Shown: piece by piece, positions 45,940 through 56,133 of the stretch
Layout: each line of letters opens with the position of its first letter
How positions within the stretch are numbered: position 1 is the first letter of the stretch
Virus record (IMG/VR): IMGVR_UViG_3300027709_000056
Span: 135,811-199,810 of that record
Reading direction: 5' to 3' (one strand)
DNA length: 64,000 bases
Source of the DNA: a virus
The notes under the pieces: generated by a model
Database searches by the model: none
Told to the model about the DNA's origin: nothing
Seen by the model: the letters and a program-made list of their open reading frames with translations, nothing else
Made by a program: the position numbers and the translations under genes

Positions 45940-46570
45940 GCGGTTTCTCCATTCGATAGTCTTTAATAGTTTTTAAGTAAACTCTATCCATAGAGCGTAT
46001 TGTATTAAAACTTATTACATATCTTTTTTTACCAGGATTTGGTTCTACATAATGTCGTAACCAACTAGGAAATATTACTAATAATCCAGTACGTGTTGGT
46101 ATGTCTAAATCGTATCTATTATAGTATGTAGGTTTTATAATACAGTCATTCATTCGTAATGGTTGTAAAGGACTTTCTAAAACTAATGGTGCACTTTCTT
46201 CATCACAATAAGGATAGTATGCTCCACTAATTACACTTCGTTCGTGTCTATGGGCAGTTACTGAATTACCTTCAGACATTGTATTAAACCAGCTTGTTGA
46301 AATTAACGTATAATCAATTCCAGCTTCTTCACAGTATTCGTCACAACATGATTGTATTGTTTTCCATAAGTCTCGTAATCGTTCGTCACTTAAGAATTGT
46401 TCGTCACCAGTAATATAACTACTAACACCTCCTTTAACTAATCTATGTTGAGCAACATTTTCGTTCTCGTCTATCATTTGCACGGCAACTTTTTCACATG
46501 AATGGCCTATAATATCCCATGAAGATACTAGTGTTGGAAATGCGGCAAAGTGTTTAGGTTCAACTCTCAT
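45929..46570 (-). CDS. putative 2OG-Fe(II) oxygenase (TIGR02466-like), paralog of neighbour
   Basis: SWFN...HRHE...ISGAYY...IFPSWLRH...ISFN. Confidence 0.8.
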   Translation of the reverse strand: MRVEPKHFAAFPTLVSSWDIIGHSCEKVAVQMIDENENVAQHRLVKGGVSSYITGDEQFLSDERLRDLWKTIQSCCDEYCEEAGIDYTLISTSWFNTMSEGNSVTAHRHERSVISGAYYPYCDEESAPLVLESPLQPLRMNDCIIKPTYYNRYDLDIPTRTGLLVIFPSWLRHYVEPNPGKKRYVISFNTIRSMDRVYLKTIKDYRMEKPRES

Positions 46571-47141
46571 TATCTATCTCAAATTCAACTAACATTTTGT
46601 TACAAACATTTTCTTGTTTTGTTGGCCATTCTTTATTATTATAATAGTAAAATTGCACCATAGGAAAATATTCAAATACTTTGTCAATTTGGTAAATCCA
46701 ATAGCTAGGATCTACTGGACTTGAATCTGCATCGTTATAGTTATCTGTGCCTTTATATATGTTGTTATAAAGTCCAGTATCTAAATCAAACCCAATCATA
46801 TGTACTTCAGGGGCGCCACTCCATTTAGTAGATATGCTGGCTCCTAATAATACTGCATAAGGTCCACTACCCCAATGCCATGGATCGTCAAGTCTTGTAT
46901 TGCCTTTATATGGAAGTGGTGGAACTAGCCCACATAGTTTAAATTGGTCTATCCAATCAGCCCTAGTATAGATAGAACCGTAGTTACGGTCTTTTTGTGC
47001 TTCTTCAACCATACGGCGATCACAACAGATCAAATGAGTTACATAAAAATCTCGGAAAATCGCGTTACAACCAACCTTTATGTCATCACATTTGCTGATG
47101 TCAATATCTTTTCTACTCTCTCCGTTGCCGATCACAAGCAT
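46560..47141 (-). CDS. hypothetical, glycosyltransferase-like Rossmann motif
   Basis: VIGNGESR...GCNA...SGP.A...MIGFDL. Confidence 0.55.
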   Translation of the reverse strand: MLVIGNGESRKDIDISKCDDIKVGCNAIFRDFYVTHLICCDRRMVEEAQKDRNYGSIYTRADWIDQFKLCGLVPPLPYKGNTRLDDPWHWGSGPYAVLLGASISTKWSGAPEVHMIGFDLDTGLYNNIYKGTDNYNDADSSPVDPSYWIYQIDKVFEYFPMVQFYYYNNKEWPTKQENVCNKMLVEFEIDNES

Positions 47142-47184
47142 GACAATATTTAATAAATATGTATAACGATAGGGACAAATACGA

Positions 47185-50100
47185 ATGACAGCATTTTATG
47201 ATTTTTTTAGGTATATTAAATTATACTCTACAGACGGTGTAACACTTGAGTTTACGTTACAAGCTGATTCAGTAACTGATACGGTTAATATAAGCCGGGG
47301 TACAGGCGTAGCTTGGACTGGTGCTTCAGAGGGTACAGATTCATTTAAAATAGATGTCGATTATACGTTAGAAGTACCTGTAACAACTACTACTATTAGA
47401 TTAACTGATGTTAATGCTAACGACCAGGATATAGCTCTTGTTGCCGGTGCTAATATGAATATTATACGTGATAGTGCTAATCAATTAACAATTTCAGCAT
47501 TAATAGGTGGTATTAGTAGAGCTATTACTAGTATTACACAAGCCAGCCCATGCGTTGTTCAAACAACAAACGTTCACAATTTTACAGAAGGTACCGCAGT
47601 TACTATTACAGATGTAGCTGGAATGACTCAGCTTAATGGTAATGAATACTATGCTGATATTTTAACTGGTACTACACTTGCATTATATGAAGATCCAGAT
47701 TTAACAACAGCAATTGACAGTACAGGCTTTGGTGCTTATACATCAGCTGGTGTTGCCACTGGTGAATATTCAGGTGCAAGTAAATTAAACGAATTAGATG
47801 ATGTATTATTCAATGTTACTAATTTTTCAAATAGTATTAAAATAGGTGACACTACAACAGGAACTTTAAATGCCGCCGCTGGTAATGTTATTATGGGCGT
47901 AGGTGCCGGTAATGCTATTACAGAGGGAGATAACAATGTTATAATTGGTCTTGCGGCAGGCCCTGGTATTACAGCTGGTCGGGACAATGTCTTAATAGGT
48001 AAAGATGTAGCAAATAACTCCAACAGTGATGGTGATTGGACTGATAGTGTTGCTGTAGGATTTAAAGCAGGTTTAGGTTCAGGTAATCCTATCATTGGAA
48101 CTGAAACACCAGAGAAAGCTGTATTCATAGGTTCATTCGCAGGTACAGGACACAATCATGATAATAATGTTGCGATAGGATATTTTGCTGGATCGAATTT
48201 GAGGGATGACGCCAATAAGAACGTGGCTATCGGCTCTGACGCTATGAGCCAGACCAAAAACGATCCTTCAGTTCAACAAAGTAATAACGTTGCAGTAGGA
48301 TATTTTGCTTTGAGAGGTGCCAGCGATGCATCACAAATTGGTAACGTTGCAATAGGATCTGAAGCAGGTAAAGTAATTCTAGATGGTGAACGCAACGTCT
48401 TTGTTGGTGAAAAAGCAGGTGTTCAACTTACTACAGGTGATTACAATACATTCATAGGAACCGACGCTGGTGGTGTTGTACATACTGGAGACGGTAATGT
48501 TATTATAGGTAGGTATACAGGTACAAATGGACTAACAGATACTCTTGCAATTTATACACATCCTACTGGTGGCCCACCTAAGGAAAGAGTTACTATTACA
48601 GGTACAGGTAAAATTACAGTTGATTCAACTGGTGGTGAAATTAATGGTAATTCTATAGTAACTTCAAATAGTATTAGCGGTACTGTAACAGGACATATAA
48701 TTCCAGATACAAATATTGCTTACGATTTAGGAAGTTCAACACACAAATTTAGAGATTTATACTTAGATGGTACAAGTCTTCATTTAGGTAGCACAATTTT
48801 AAGAGATAACGGTTCAGGTAGTTTACAAGTAAATCTTGTTAACGTATTACAAGTTGCCGCAGATGATTCAACTGTACGCACAATTGATAGTGGCGAATCA
48901 ATTAAGTTTAGTGGAGCAGGAGGTGTTACAACGGCAACTGACGCAGAAGGTAATCTTACAATTACTGGAGTAGGAACATTAAGTGAATTAACTGATGTAC
49001 ATAATGCGGTACCAACAGATGGTCAAGTACTTACTTGGGTTAATGCAAATTCAAGATGGGAACCAGTAACAGATGTTGAAACAGATATTACAGGGTCTGT
49101 ATTTGGTGATGACTCAACAGTACTAGTTGATGGTGTTAATAGTGCTATTAATTTAGATGGTACTATGAAGACTCATATGATACCGGCACTAGATGCTACG
49201 TATGACATAGGATCAGCTGAAAAGAAAATTAGAGATTTATATGTTGACGGTGGAGGTTCTTTCTGGATTGGTGATACTACAAAAATGCAAATTGCACCTT
49301 ATAAGTTTCAAGATGCAAGTTTTGGTCATTTTGTAGAATTAACAGGAGTAGCTGATGAACCAGATGACAGTTATTCTCCACGCTTATGTGGAATAGTTAT
49401 AAGTCCTGATGGTACTAAACTATATACTCCTCAAGCTGATCGTAATAGTCCTTTACCTGACTATATGCGTATTGTTCAGTATACTTTAGGCACACCATTT
49501 GACCTTTCAACAATTACTAATACTGTAGCCCCTGCGAATTCTTTAGATGTTTCAGGACAAGTTAATGCACTTGGAGCCGGTGGAGCGTTTGCTAATACTG
49601 ATACTAGTATAGGTGGAATACATTTTAAACCTGATGGTACTAAACTATGGATGATGACAGGTGCAAGTATATCTTATAGTGGTGGTACAGGACCTACTTA
49701 TCATTCAGCAAATAAACTTGTTGAATATGATTTAAGTTCAGCCTGGGATATTACTTCAGCAACATTTAATAATAAATGGTCTGAAGCATTATATGGTTAT
49801 TCAGCATCACAGTTTAAGATAAGTGAAGACGGCAGATTTCTTTATATGCGGTCAACCCGAACAATAAAACAATGGGAAATGACAACACCGTTTGATATTT
49901 CTACATTAACACAATACGAAGATTTTAACCTTGAACAGACATATTTAAAATCTTACCTAACTGTTAGAGAACACTCAACAGGCAGTTATGATAATTTAAC
50001 TGATATGTGGATTAGTAAAGATGGATGGAGATGGTTTGGCTTATTCAATCATGGTCTATCTAATGATGGTATGATTTATGGTTATACAATGACTACCAAA

Positions 50101-51192
50101 TATGATATTACAACTTCAGTACCAATAGGACTTATAAACGAACACATAACACAACAAGATCCACCATATCAAAATTCTATAATGATTGCTGGTAGTAATC
50201 ATCCTAATGGCAACAACGGACAACAAACAGGTATGTCAGACGAATGGGGTGATTGGACACGATCAATATTTTTTGCTGATGACGGAAAGAAACTGTATGT
50301 AGCTGGTTATTACGATAATCATCCAACTGTAGGTGCAGGTGGAATTCAACAATATAATATAACTGATTCAATAGATCCACAATTAAGATTTAAAGGTCTA
50401 GGTAAAGGCGTAAAAATTGAAGGTGAAATTGAATTGGCGTCAGGCGCTTCAGTTAACGAGATTAGTACAGATACTGATATGTCAGGTGATAGTGACACGG
50501 CAATTCCAACAGAAAAAGCAGTTAAAACATACGTTGATACTAAAGTTGGTGGTAGTTTAACTGTAGCTGAAGAAGGTAGTGATTTAACAACAGGTGCAAC
50601 AAAATTAGATTTTGTTGGTACAGGTGTTACTGCTAGTGGTACAGGTACAACAAAAACAATTACTATTCCTGGCGGTGGCGGCGGTGGCGGTTGGACAGCA
50701 ATTTCAACTCAAACTGTATCTTCATCCGTGACATCAGTAACATTTGGAAGTTTAGATCTTTCTGCTTATAGCACCGTGCGATTAGTAATAAGCGATCTTG
50801 TTCATAGTAACGCTCAATATACTTTCTTAAAGTTAAGTAATGACGGGTTCACAAGTGATGATACATGGTCCCAAAACGTAATAGCGATGTTTGACAATAC
50901 TACAACATCTTATGATAGACACGCAAACAGTACAACGTTTAGCACTGGAGAATATCTTATTTTGACTTCTCATGTTGTATGGTTTGACCCGATAATAATG
51001 AGCGGCTGGCTAGATTTTGATTTAACAACGTCCAATGTGATTTGTAACGGACAAGGAGTTTCAAGGGATGACGGTGAGGGAGCAATTCTGTGGTCTGGAA
51101 TTTGTGATGTTACAACTTTCACTGATTTAAAAATAGAAAAATTTAGCGGCACGTTTGAATCTGGAACTTTTAAATTATTAGGTATGGCATAA
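47185..51192 (+). CDS. long tail fibre / receptor-binding protein
   Basis: ITSITQASP module; repeated N(V/T)A(I/V)G..A beta-roll units; propeller-like FKPDGTKL repeats; TAAATA at 47154-47159. Confidence 0.8.
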   Translation: MTAFYDFFRYIKLYSTDGVTLEFTLQADSVTDTVNISRGTGVAWTGASEGTDSFKIDVDYTLEVPVTTTTIRLTDVNANDQDIALVAGANMNIIRDSANQLTISALIGGISRAITSITQASPCVVQTTNVHNFTEGTAVTITDVAGMTQLNGNEYYADILTGTTLALYEDPDLTTAIDSTGFGAYTSAGVATGEYSGASKLNELDDVLFNVTNFSNSIKIGDTTTGTLNAAAGNVIMGVGAGNAITEGDNNVIIGLAAGPGITAGRDNVLIGKDVANNSNSDGDWTDSVAVGFKAGLGSGNPIIGTETPEKAVFIGSFAGTGHNHDNNVAIGYFAGSNLRDDANKNVAIGSDAMSQTKNDPSVQQSNNVAVGYFALRGASDASQIGNVAIGSEAGKVILDGERNVFVGEKAGVQLTTGDYNTFIGTDAGGVVHTGDGNVIIGRYTGTNGLTDTLAIYTHPTGGPPKERVTITGTGKITVDSTGGEINGNSIVTSNSISGTVTGHIIPDTNIAYDLGSSTHKFRDLYLDGTSLHLGSTILRDNGSGSLQVNLVNVLQVAADDSTVRTIDSGESIKFSGAGGVTTATDAEGNLTITGVGTLSELTDVHNAVPTDGQVLTWVNANSRWEPVTDVETDITGSVFGDDSTVLVDGVNSAINLDGTMKTHMIPALDATYDIGSAEKKIRDLYVDGGGSFWIGDTTKMQIAPYKFQDASFGHFVELTGVADEPDDSYSPRLCGIVISPDGTKLYTPQADRNSPLPDYMRIVQYTLGTPFDLSTITNTVAPANSLDVSGQVNALGAGGAFANTDTSIGGIHFKPDGTKLWMMTGASISYSGGTGPTYHSANKLVEYDLSSAWDITSATFNNKWSEALYGYSASQFKISEDGRFLYMRSTRTIKQWEMTTPFDISTLTQYEDFNLEQTYLKSYLTVREHSTGSYDNLTDMWISKDGWRWFGLFNHGLSNDGMIYGYTMTTKYDITTSVPIGLINEHITQQDPPYQNSIMIAGSNHPNGNNGQQTGMSDEWGDWTRSIFFADDGKKLYVAGYYDNHPTVGAGGIQQYNITDSIDPQLRFKGLGKGVKIEGEIELASGASVNEISTDTDMSGDSDTAIPTEKAVKTYVDTKVGGSLTVAEEGSDLTTGATKLDFVGTGVTASGTGTTKTITIPGGGGGGGWTAISTQTVSSSVTSVTFGSLDLSAYSTVRLVISDLVHSNAQYTFLKLSNDGFTSDDTWSQNVIAMFDNTTTSYDRHANSTTFSTGEYLILTSHVVWFDPIIMSGWLDFDLTTSNVICNGQGVSRDDGEGAILWSGICDVTTFTDLKIEKFSGTFESGTFKLLGMA

Positions 51193-51202
51193 GGAAAAAG
51201 AT

Positions 51203-51439
51203 ATGGCAAATGAAAAGAAAATGGTTGATGGTGTAGTAAGTGAGTTAACTGACGAAGAACAAGCTACTCTAAATACTTCACGTGCAAAAATACAAGCTAA
51301 GATTGATGCAGATGCTTGGAGAGTTTCTAGAGTGTCTAGCTACGGAAGTATAGGCGACCAGTTAGACGAAATTTATCATGATATAGATTCTTGGAAAGCA
51401 AGAATAGCCAAAGTTAAATCAGATAATCCAAAGACTTAA
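51203..51439 (+). CDS. small tail-fibre-associated protein
   Basis: YGSIGDQLDEIYHD...VKSDNPK motif; directly follows the fibre gene. Confidence 0.65.
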   Translation: MANEKKMVDGVVSELTDEEQATLNTSRAKIQAKIDADAWRVSRVSSYGSIGDQLDEIYHDIDSWKARIAKVKSDNPKT

Positions 51440-51849
51440 ATTATTCTAATTTCTTTTCTAAATTCCGGTATACGTAAATACGGGCAAGTTTGACATACCC
51501 AACCCTTACTTTCTACTATGTAAAGATGAGGTTCTCTCTCAGCAGATTCAGTAATATGGCACGTTGAAAATGTAATTGTGCCTTCTTGTTCTTCTGGTTC
51601 AGATGATATACTACAATCAGGAAGTAAATAATCTTTAATTATAGGGAATGCCCATACAACATCAAGTCGTCCATCGTTATCTGTATCCATAAAAGTTGTA
51701 ATACTTCCTGGTACATCACTCCAAGACCAAAAGGCCATACTTTTAAAAAATGAATTTTTACTATCAAATAATGTTGTTGGGTCAACTTCCTCAGCACTAA
51801 CTGAAGTTGAAAGCATAAGGCAGAATAACCCTATCAATAGTTTTTTCAT
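51436..51849 (-). CDS. hypothetical exported protein
   Basis: Signal peptide; DTDNDGRLD calcium-loop-like motif. Confidence 0.7.
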   Translation of the reverse strand: MKKLLIGLFCLMLSTSVSAEEVDPTTLFDSKNSFFKSMAFWSWSDVPGSITTFMDTDNDGRLDVVWAFPIIKDYLLPDCSISSEPEEQEGTITFSTCHITESAEREPHLYIVESKGWVCQTCPYLRIPEFRKEIRII

Positions 51850-51854
51850 AACTA

Positions 51855-52217
51855 TTACCGGCCTTTTCTAAGAATTTTTGCTTTGGTTTTAGATTCTCGG
51901 ATAAGTTTTAGTTCTTTGGCATGACCTATTTTTACTTTAGATACGTCTTTTTTAATATCACGTAAATTCTGTTGCATATCTGCAAAGCGATCATAACTGT
52001 CTGTAAAAAAATTATTTAGATTCTTGATTGCATCAATAACCCACCACCACCAAAAGAATGCGACGGTTCCAAAAGTTATTGCTATTGTGACTAATAGATA
52101 ATCTAGCCATCCTTGAATATCTATTTTTAAGATTAATATAATCGATAATAAAGCAGTTAATGGCAGTATACGGCCTAACCAAGTCCATACCTTGGCATCG
52201 ATGTCAACTTTAAACAT
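51855..52217 (-). CDS. hypothetical two-TM membrane protein
   Basis: Two hydrophobic helices, FFWWWWV. Confidence 0.75.
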   Translation of the reverse strand: MFKVDIDAKVWTWLGRILPLTALLSIILILKIDIQGWLDYLLVTIAITFGTVAFFWWWWVIDAIKNLNNFFTDSYDRFADMQQNLRDIKKDVSKVKIGHAKELKLIRESKTKAKILRKGR

Positions 52218-52221
52218 GATG

Positions 52222-53343
52222 TTATCCTCCTATAACACCAAATGGTTTCCAATCTCCGGGTGTTCCGTTTTTAACACAAACCCATCCAATATAACCTGTT
52301 GGTGCGGGTTCAGAGTTCCAAACGATATCTCCCTTTGTGTATATTCCATTCTGTGGTGCGTCACGTCCTACTTCGAATTTTTTATTTTCAAATTTAACTG
52401 GACCGGAGGTGCTGAAACATACATCAGGATTGTTAACCCCTACTCCTAATTTTCCTTTAACTGTGGTGATAGTATCACTGTCGGAGCCAATATTAATTCT
52501 GTTATTGGCTTTTAATTCAATACGGCATTCGTTGTCGGTAATTAATTTAAGGTCACTTGTAGTATATGCTCCTACCTTGACTGCATCGTATTCTGGGTCA
52601 ACAATAAACTCAACTTCATTTCCAGCCACACTTAATTGTCCGTTACCTGCGTCACTGCCTATACTGAAACGCATTTCGTCTCCGTTATAAAAGACGAACT
52701 GATCTATAATAAGACTGCCTTCTGTTTGTAGATTTCTTAATGTGCCTACAGTTGTTAAACTTGATTTTGATATATCTGCGCCTAATTCATTTGCACTTAA
52801 AACTGATACGTTTCCGATCTTATATTCGTGGCCAGTATGAAGATCGAAATCTTCACTAGACCAAAGACGATCTGGATTGCCGGACATTGTCAATTGTTTT
52901 GTATGATCATATCCTGTCCATAATAGTCCTTTACCGTATGGTGTATTTTCTACGGAACATTCAAATATTAAAGGTGTTGTTCTTGCATTTCTAACATCGG
53001 CTTTAATTTCATCAACTTCAAGTTTAGTAGCCTTAATTGTACCACCTACGTTAAGATCATTTTCTACAATAGTATCGCCACGTATTGTAGCAACAGTAAG
53101 ATAGTCTGCTACTATTCCGTCGTTTTGTACTACAAGAATTTGTCTAGTTGCTTGGTCACGTATTCCTGAACTTGAAAAAGCCGATATCTTGCCGCCATGA
53201 ATTTGATCGCCACTAAGACTATCATTTTCAATCTTAGGGGCTGGTAATTCTCTGTTAGCAATAGTTTCAATTGCTTCACCTAGTTGTAAAAGTCCATTTT
53301 TTACTGCTAGAATTTCTGAATCGTTAATATCATTTGTGCTCAT
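52222..53343 (-). CDS. probable virion structural protein
   Basis: Beta-rich; C-terminal GDIVWNSEP...GWVC...GTPGDWKPFG; TAAATA at 53349-53354. Confidence 0.65.
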   Translation of the reverse strand: MSTNDINDSEILAVKNGLLQLGEAIETIANRELPAPKIENDSLSGDQIHGGKISAFSSSGIRDQATRQILVVQNDGIVADYLTVATIRGDTIVENDLNVGGTIKATKLEVDEIKADVRNARTTPLIFECSVENTPYGKGLLWTGYDHTKQLTMSGNPDRLWSSEDFDLHTGHEYKIGNVSVLSANELGADISKSSLTTVGTLRNLQTEGSLIIDQFVFYNGDEMRFSIGSDAGNGQLSVAGNEVEFIVDPEYDAVKVGAYTTSDLKLITDNECRIELKANNRINIGSDSDTITTVKGKLGVGVNNPDVCFSTSGPVKFENKKFEVGRDAPQNGIYTKGDIVWNSEPAPTGYIGWVCVKNGTPGDWKPFGVIGG

Positions 53344-53351
53344 ACTAGTAT

Positions 53352-54650
53352 TTATCTTACTGCTCTAAGAATAATAGTATCGGTATTAATCCTACCGTTC
53401 AACTTAATGTCAACAGCATTGATATTATCTAGATATGTACGCAGTTTAATCTTACCAGAATCTTTAAATTCTTTAAGTTTTTCTTCTGGCTTTCTAAGCG
53501 TCTTTTGAATAGACGTATCTATAGCAAATCCTGTAATAGTTGTTCCTTTAACACTTAATCCTGTTCCTTCACGTTCTAAATGCATCGGATCAATGCTACT
53601 TGCTATATATCTTCCTATTTTGCGTGTTTTAACATTAAACACCCATAATTCTTCACATCCTATAATATCTATAGGATTAATACTAGCTAATTGAAACTTA
53701 TTGTCCTGACGTGCAAATTTTAGTTTAGATACTAATTTCTCTTTGCTACGTGGTGCTCGTTTGCGTGTTTTACGATTAGCTCTAGCTGTATCAATAACTA
53801 CTTCTAACGCACCCATAAAATTTTGAAATCCTTCAAAGCGACGTTGTAGTCCTTTTTTATCATAACAAGAATAAGCCTCTATTAGCTGTTCAGCCCAATC
53901 TTGTTCTTTTTCAGGTAGCTTGGCTAATTCTTTTTTACTTATAGGATTTAACAATTCGTGCAATTCAGCTATTTCGTCTACATAAAATTCCTTCATTTTT
54001 CTAGCATGAGCTTGTGTTGTTTTAACATCTAGAAAATGTCTTGCAAAATTAAAACCTTTAGGATTAAATTTATGTGGATCATCAACCCAAGTTTCAAGCC
54101 AGGTATCAATCGCATCTAATTGTAAATATGTTTGTGCTTGAATGCGTTCTTGAATAGTAGGCTTAGGACCTCCTACTAGTTTTACTTTATCTTCAGCTTT
54201 CTTTTCTTCTATCACTTTTTCCCCGTCAGTGAACAATTGATTTAATTGTTTATGTATCCATTCTGTTGATGCTTTATTTTTCCCCATCAATCCCGGCATA
54301 CTATCTATATATGCCTGTCCGTCTGGATGAATGTCCGGCATACCTCTATTTAACAATCTGCATAAAGAACCTGTAGTGCAATTAAAACGCCAGTCTGGAT
54401 TTTTACTTATAACTTTAGCCTTGTCGGCCCACTCCTTTTTTGACTTGCAGTATTCTAATATCCAAGTTTTGTAATGTGAACTTTTATAGTCGTAACGATA
54501 AAAATCCATTGCGGCAGATTTTGCTAGATGAAATTTTTCGGCTGAAAGGCTCAGACCGTTTGAGAGATCTGGTTCGTTCCCTTTAACTCTTGTACGGGAT
54601 ACTCTTTTTTTCTTACGTGGAGTTCCTCTAAGATTAAGTCGTCGAGCCAC
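53352..54650 (-). CDS. hypothetical protein
   Basis: 432-aa ORF, GTG start behind AAGGAG and its own promoter. Confidence 0.75.
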   Translation of the reverse strand: MARRLNLRGTPRKKKRVSRTRVKGNEPDLSNGLSLSAEKFHLAKSAAMDFYRYDYKSSHYKTWILEYCKSKKEWADKAKVISKNPDWRFNCTTGSLCRLLNRGMPDIHPDGQAYIDSMPGLMGKNKASTEWIHKQLNQLFTDGEKVIEEKKAEDKVKLVGGPKPTIQERIQAQTYLQLDAIDTWLETWVDDPHKFNPKGFNFARHFLDVKTTQAHARKMKEFYVDEIAELHELLNPISKKELAKLPEKEQDWAEQLIEAYSCYDKKGLQRRFEGFQNFMGALEVVIDTARANRKTRKRAPRSKEKLVSKLKFARQDNKFQLASINPIDIIGCEELWVFNVKTRKIGRYIASSIDPMHLEREGTGLSVKGTTITGFAIDTSIQKTLRKPEEKLKEFKDSGKIKLRTYLDNINAVDIKLNGRINTDTIILRAVR

Positions 54651-54686
54651 CCATTATCTCCTTTGAAAATAGTTTCATCACTAGCT

Positions 54687-54720
54687 ATTATATAGCAAGG
54701 AAAATAAAAAGCAAGGAAAA
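54687..54720 (-). promoter_or_regulatory. sigma70-like promoter with 11-bp direct repeat
   Basis: TTGCTT-N16-TATAAT; AGCAAGGAAAA at 54694-54704 and 54710-54720. Confidence 0.55.
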
Positions 54721-54732
54721 GTGAGTGTTTTC

Positions 54733-56064
54733 TTAGAGTTTTTCGCCCAATTCAAATCCTCTAAAGCATTTGAATCTTGGAAATCGTAAACTATAAGTGT
54801 TGGAATCTTGTGATTTAGTACGGGCATCTGCTCTAATTTCAATTAAAACATTAATGAGTTTATCACGGCTAGCCCAGAAGCTATCACGTTCAGCGTCAGT
54901 GAAACCGCTTCCACAGTTAAGGTGATAATTGTGTCCATCGTCTTCTCCTTCTACAATGACAGCACCTAAACGTCCTTCATTACGTCCGGTACCTTCTTCA
55001 ACTGCAATTACTTTTAAGGTTACTTCGATAAATGGTTTTAGCTTTAACCAATACGCAGAACGTTTACATTCATACGGTGCATCTAGATCTTTAATCATGA
55101 TACCCTCGTATCCACCGTCTACAGCCGCTTTGTTTACGTCTGTGTACGTTTTTTGTCCTGCCTGGGTCTCTAGGTCTACTATCTCATGATCCAGCACTTG
55201 TACGTGCTCTAAGGCGTCTTTATGTGTTTCGTACCAATGCTTTAACATTAGTGTTCGTTGTTCTTGTGGTTTATCCCAACCACCTTCCAAGAAATCTTTT
55301 AATGGAATAAAATCAAAAAGATGTAAAATGGCGTCTTTAGCCGTAACATTACTTTTACGATGAACTTGTTTCATTAAGTCTTGGAAGTTGTCGCTCATTA
55401 CTTCTCCATCCAAAACTAAATCATATGGTGGAGGAGATTTTTTAACGACAGTTTGAATTTCGTCAATAATATGTTGAAAGTTTATAAACTGTTTTCCATT
55501 TCTGCTAAACTGTTCTATCTTACCATCTTTACGAACGATTGTTAAAACTCTTACACCGTCCAATTTAACTTCTAGCATTTTTCTACCAGTAAGTTTCTTT
55601 TCGTGTTTTGCAGAGTCTTGTGCTAGTTGGCAAGTAAATCTTGGAACTTCGTATTTGTCAAATCCGTTTTTCTTAGCAACATTGTTTACAGTTTTTTCAC
55701 TTACACCACAACGTAAATCTTTGATTAGGATTCTACGATAAAAACCATTCCATTGTTCTGCGGTTGCAGAACTCATTACTAGTTCAATGGCATCACGTGC
55801 CGCATGACCTGTAAGTTCTCGCTTATTAAGTTTTTCTGCTAAATCTTTGAATACTTTCCAATCACAGCCTTGAGCTGAGATAACAGTATCTTTTGTGGGG
55901 ACTTTTTTAACGCCGAATGTGTATAGAGGATCTAAACACATTTTTACGCCTTCGAAGAACTCATCTAGTCCTTCACTCATTGCGTCTTTTAAAATGGATT
56001 CTTTAGCTAGACGTGAATTGTCTGCTTCTAGCTTTTCTATTATTGCTTGTGGTTGTGTTCTCAT
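54733..56064 (-). CDS. lig: ATP-dependent DNA ligase
   Basis: EVKLDGVR (KxDG), LDGEV, YEGIMIK, WLKLKP, SLRFPRF. Confidence 0.95.
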   Translation of the reverse strand: MRTQPQAIIEKLEADNSRLAKESILKDAMSEGLDEFFEGVKMCLDPLYTFGVKKVPTKDTVISAQGCDWKVFKDLAEKLNKRELTGHAARDAIELVMSSATAEQWNGFYRRILIKDLRCGVSEKTVNNVAKKNGFDKYEVPRFTCQLAQDSAKHEKKLTGRKMLEVKLDGVRVLTIVRKDGKIEQFSRNGKQFINFQHIIDEIQTVVKKSPPPYDLVLDGEVMSDNFQDLMKQVHRKSNVTAKDAILHLFDFIPLKDFLEGGWDKPQEQRTLMLKHWYETHKDALEHVQVLDHEIVDLETQAGQKTYTDVNKAAVDGGYEGIMIKDLDAPYECKRSAYWLKLKPFIEVTLKVIAVEEGTGRNEGRLGAVIVEGEDDGHNYHLNCGSGFTDAERDSFWASRDKLINVLIEIRADARTKSQDSNTYSLRFPRFKCFRGFELGEKL

Positions 56065-56069
56065 TTGTT

Positions 56070-56088
56070 TGCCTCTCAGTGCCTAATT
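56070..56088 (-). promoter_or_regulatory. conserved 5' leader motif, copy 1
   Basis: AATTAGGCACTGAGAGGCA; near-identical copy at 63669-63685. Confidence 0.7.
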
Positions 56089-56099
56089 GTTATAATACT

Positions 56100-56128
56100 A
56101 TTATACAATCGTTATCCAAATAAGTCAA
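56100..56128 (-). promoter_or_regulatory. sigma70-type promoter for ligase
   Basis: TTGACT-N17-TATAAT. Confidence 0.8.
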
Positions 56129-56133
56129 CCTTT

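Noticed and set aside
50660-50695. GGC-rich short repeat
   Set aside because: Simply encodes a poly-Gly linker in the fibre protein
47140-51450. Invertible tail-fibre segment
   Set aside because: No inverted repeats at the boundaries and no recombinase in the window
56070-56088. AATTAGGCA leader as a SAM-V/SAM-II riboswitch
   Set aside because: Too short, with no pairing partners for the pseudoknot; only a few 5' bases resemble it
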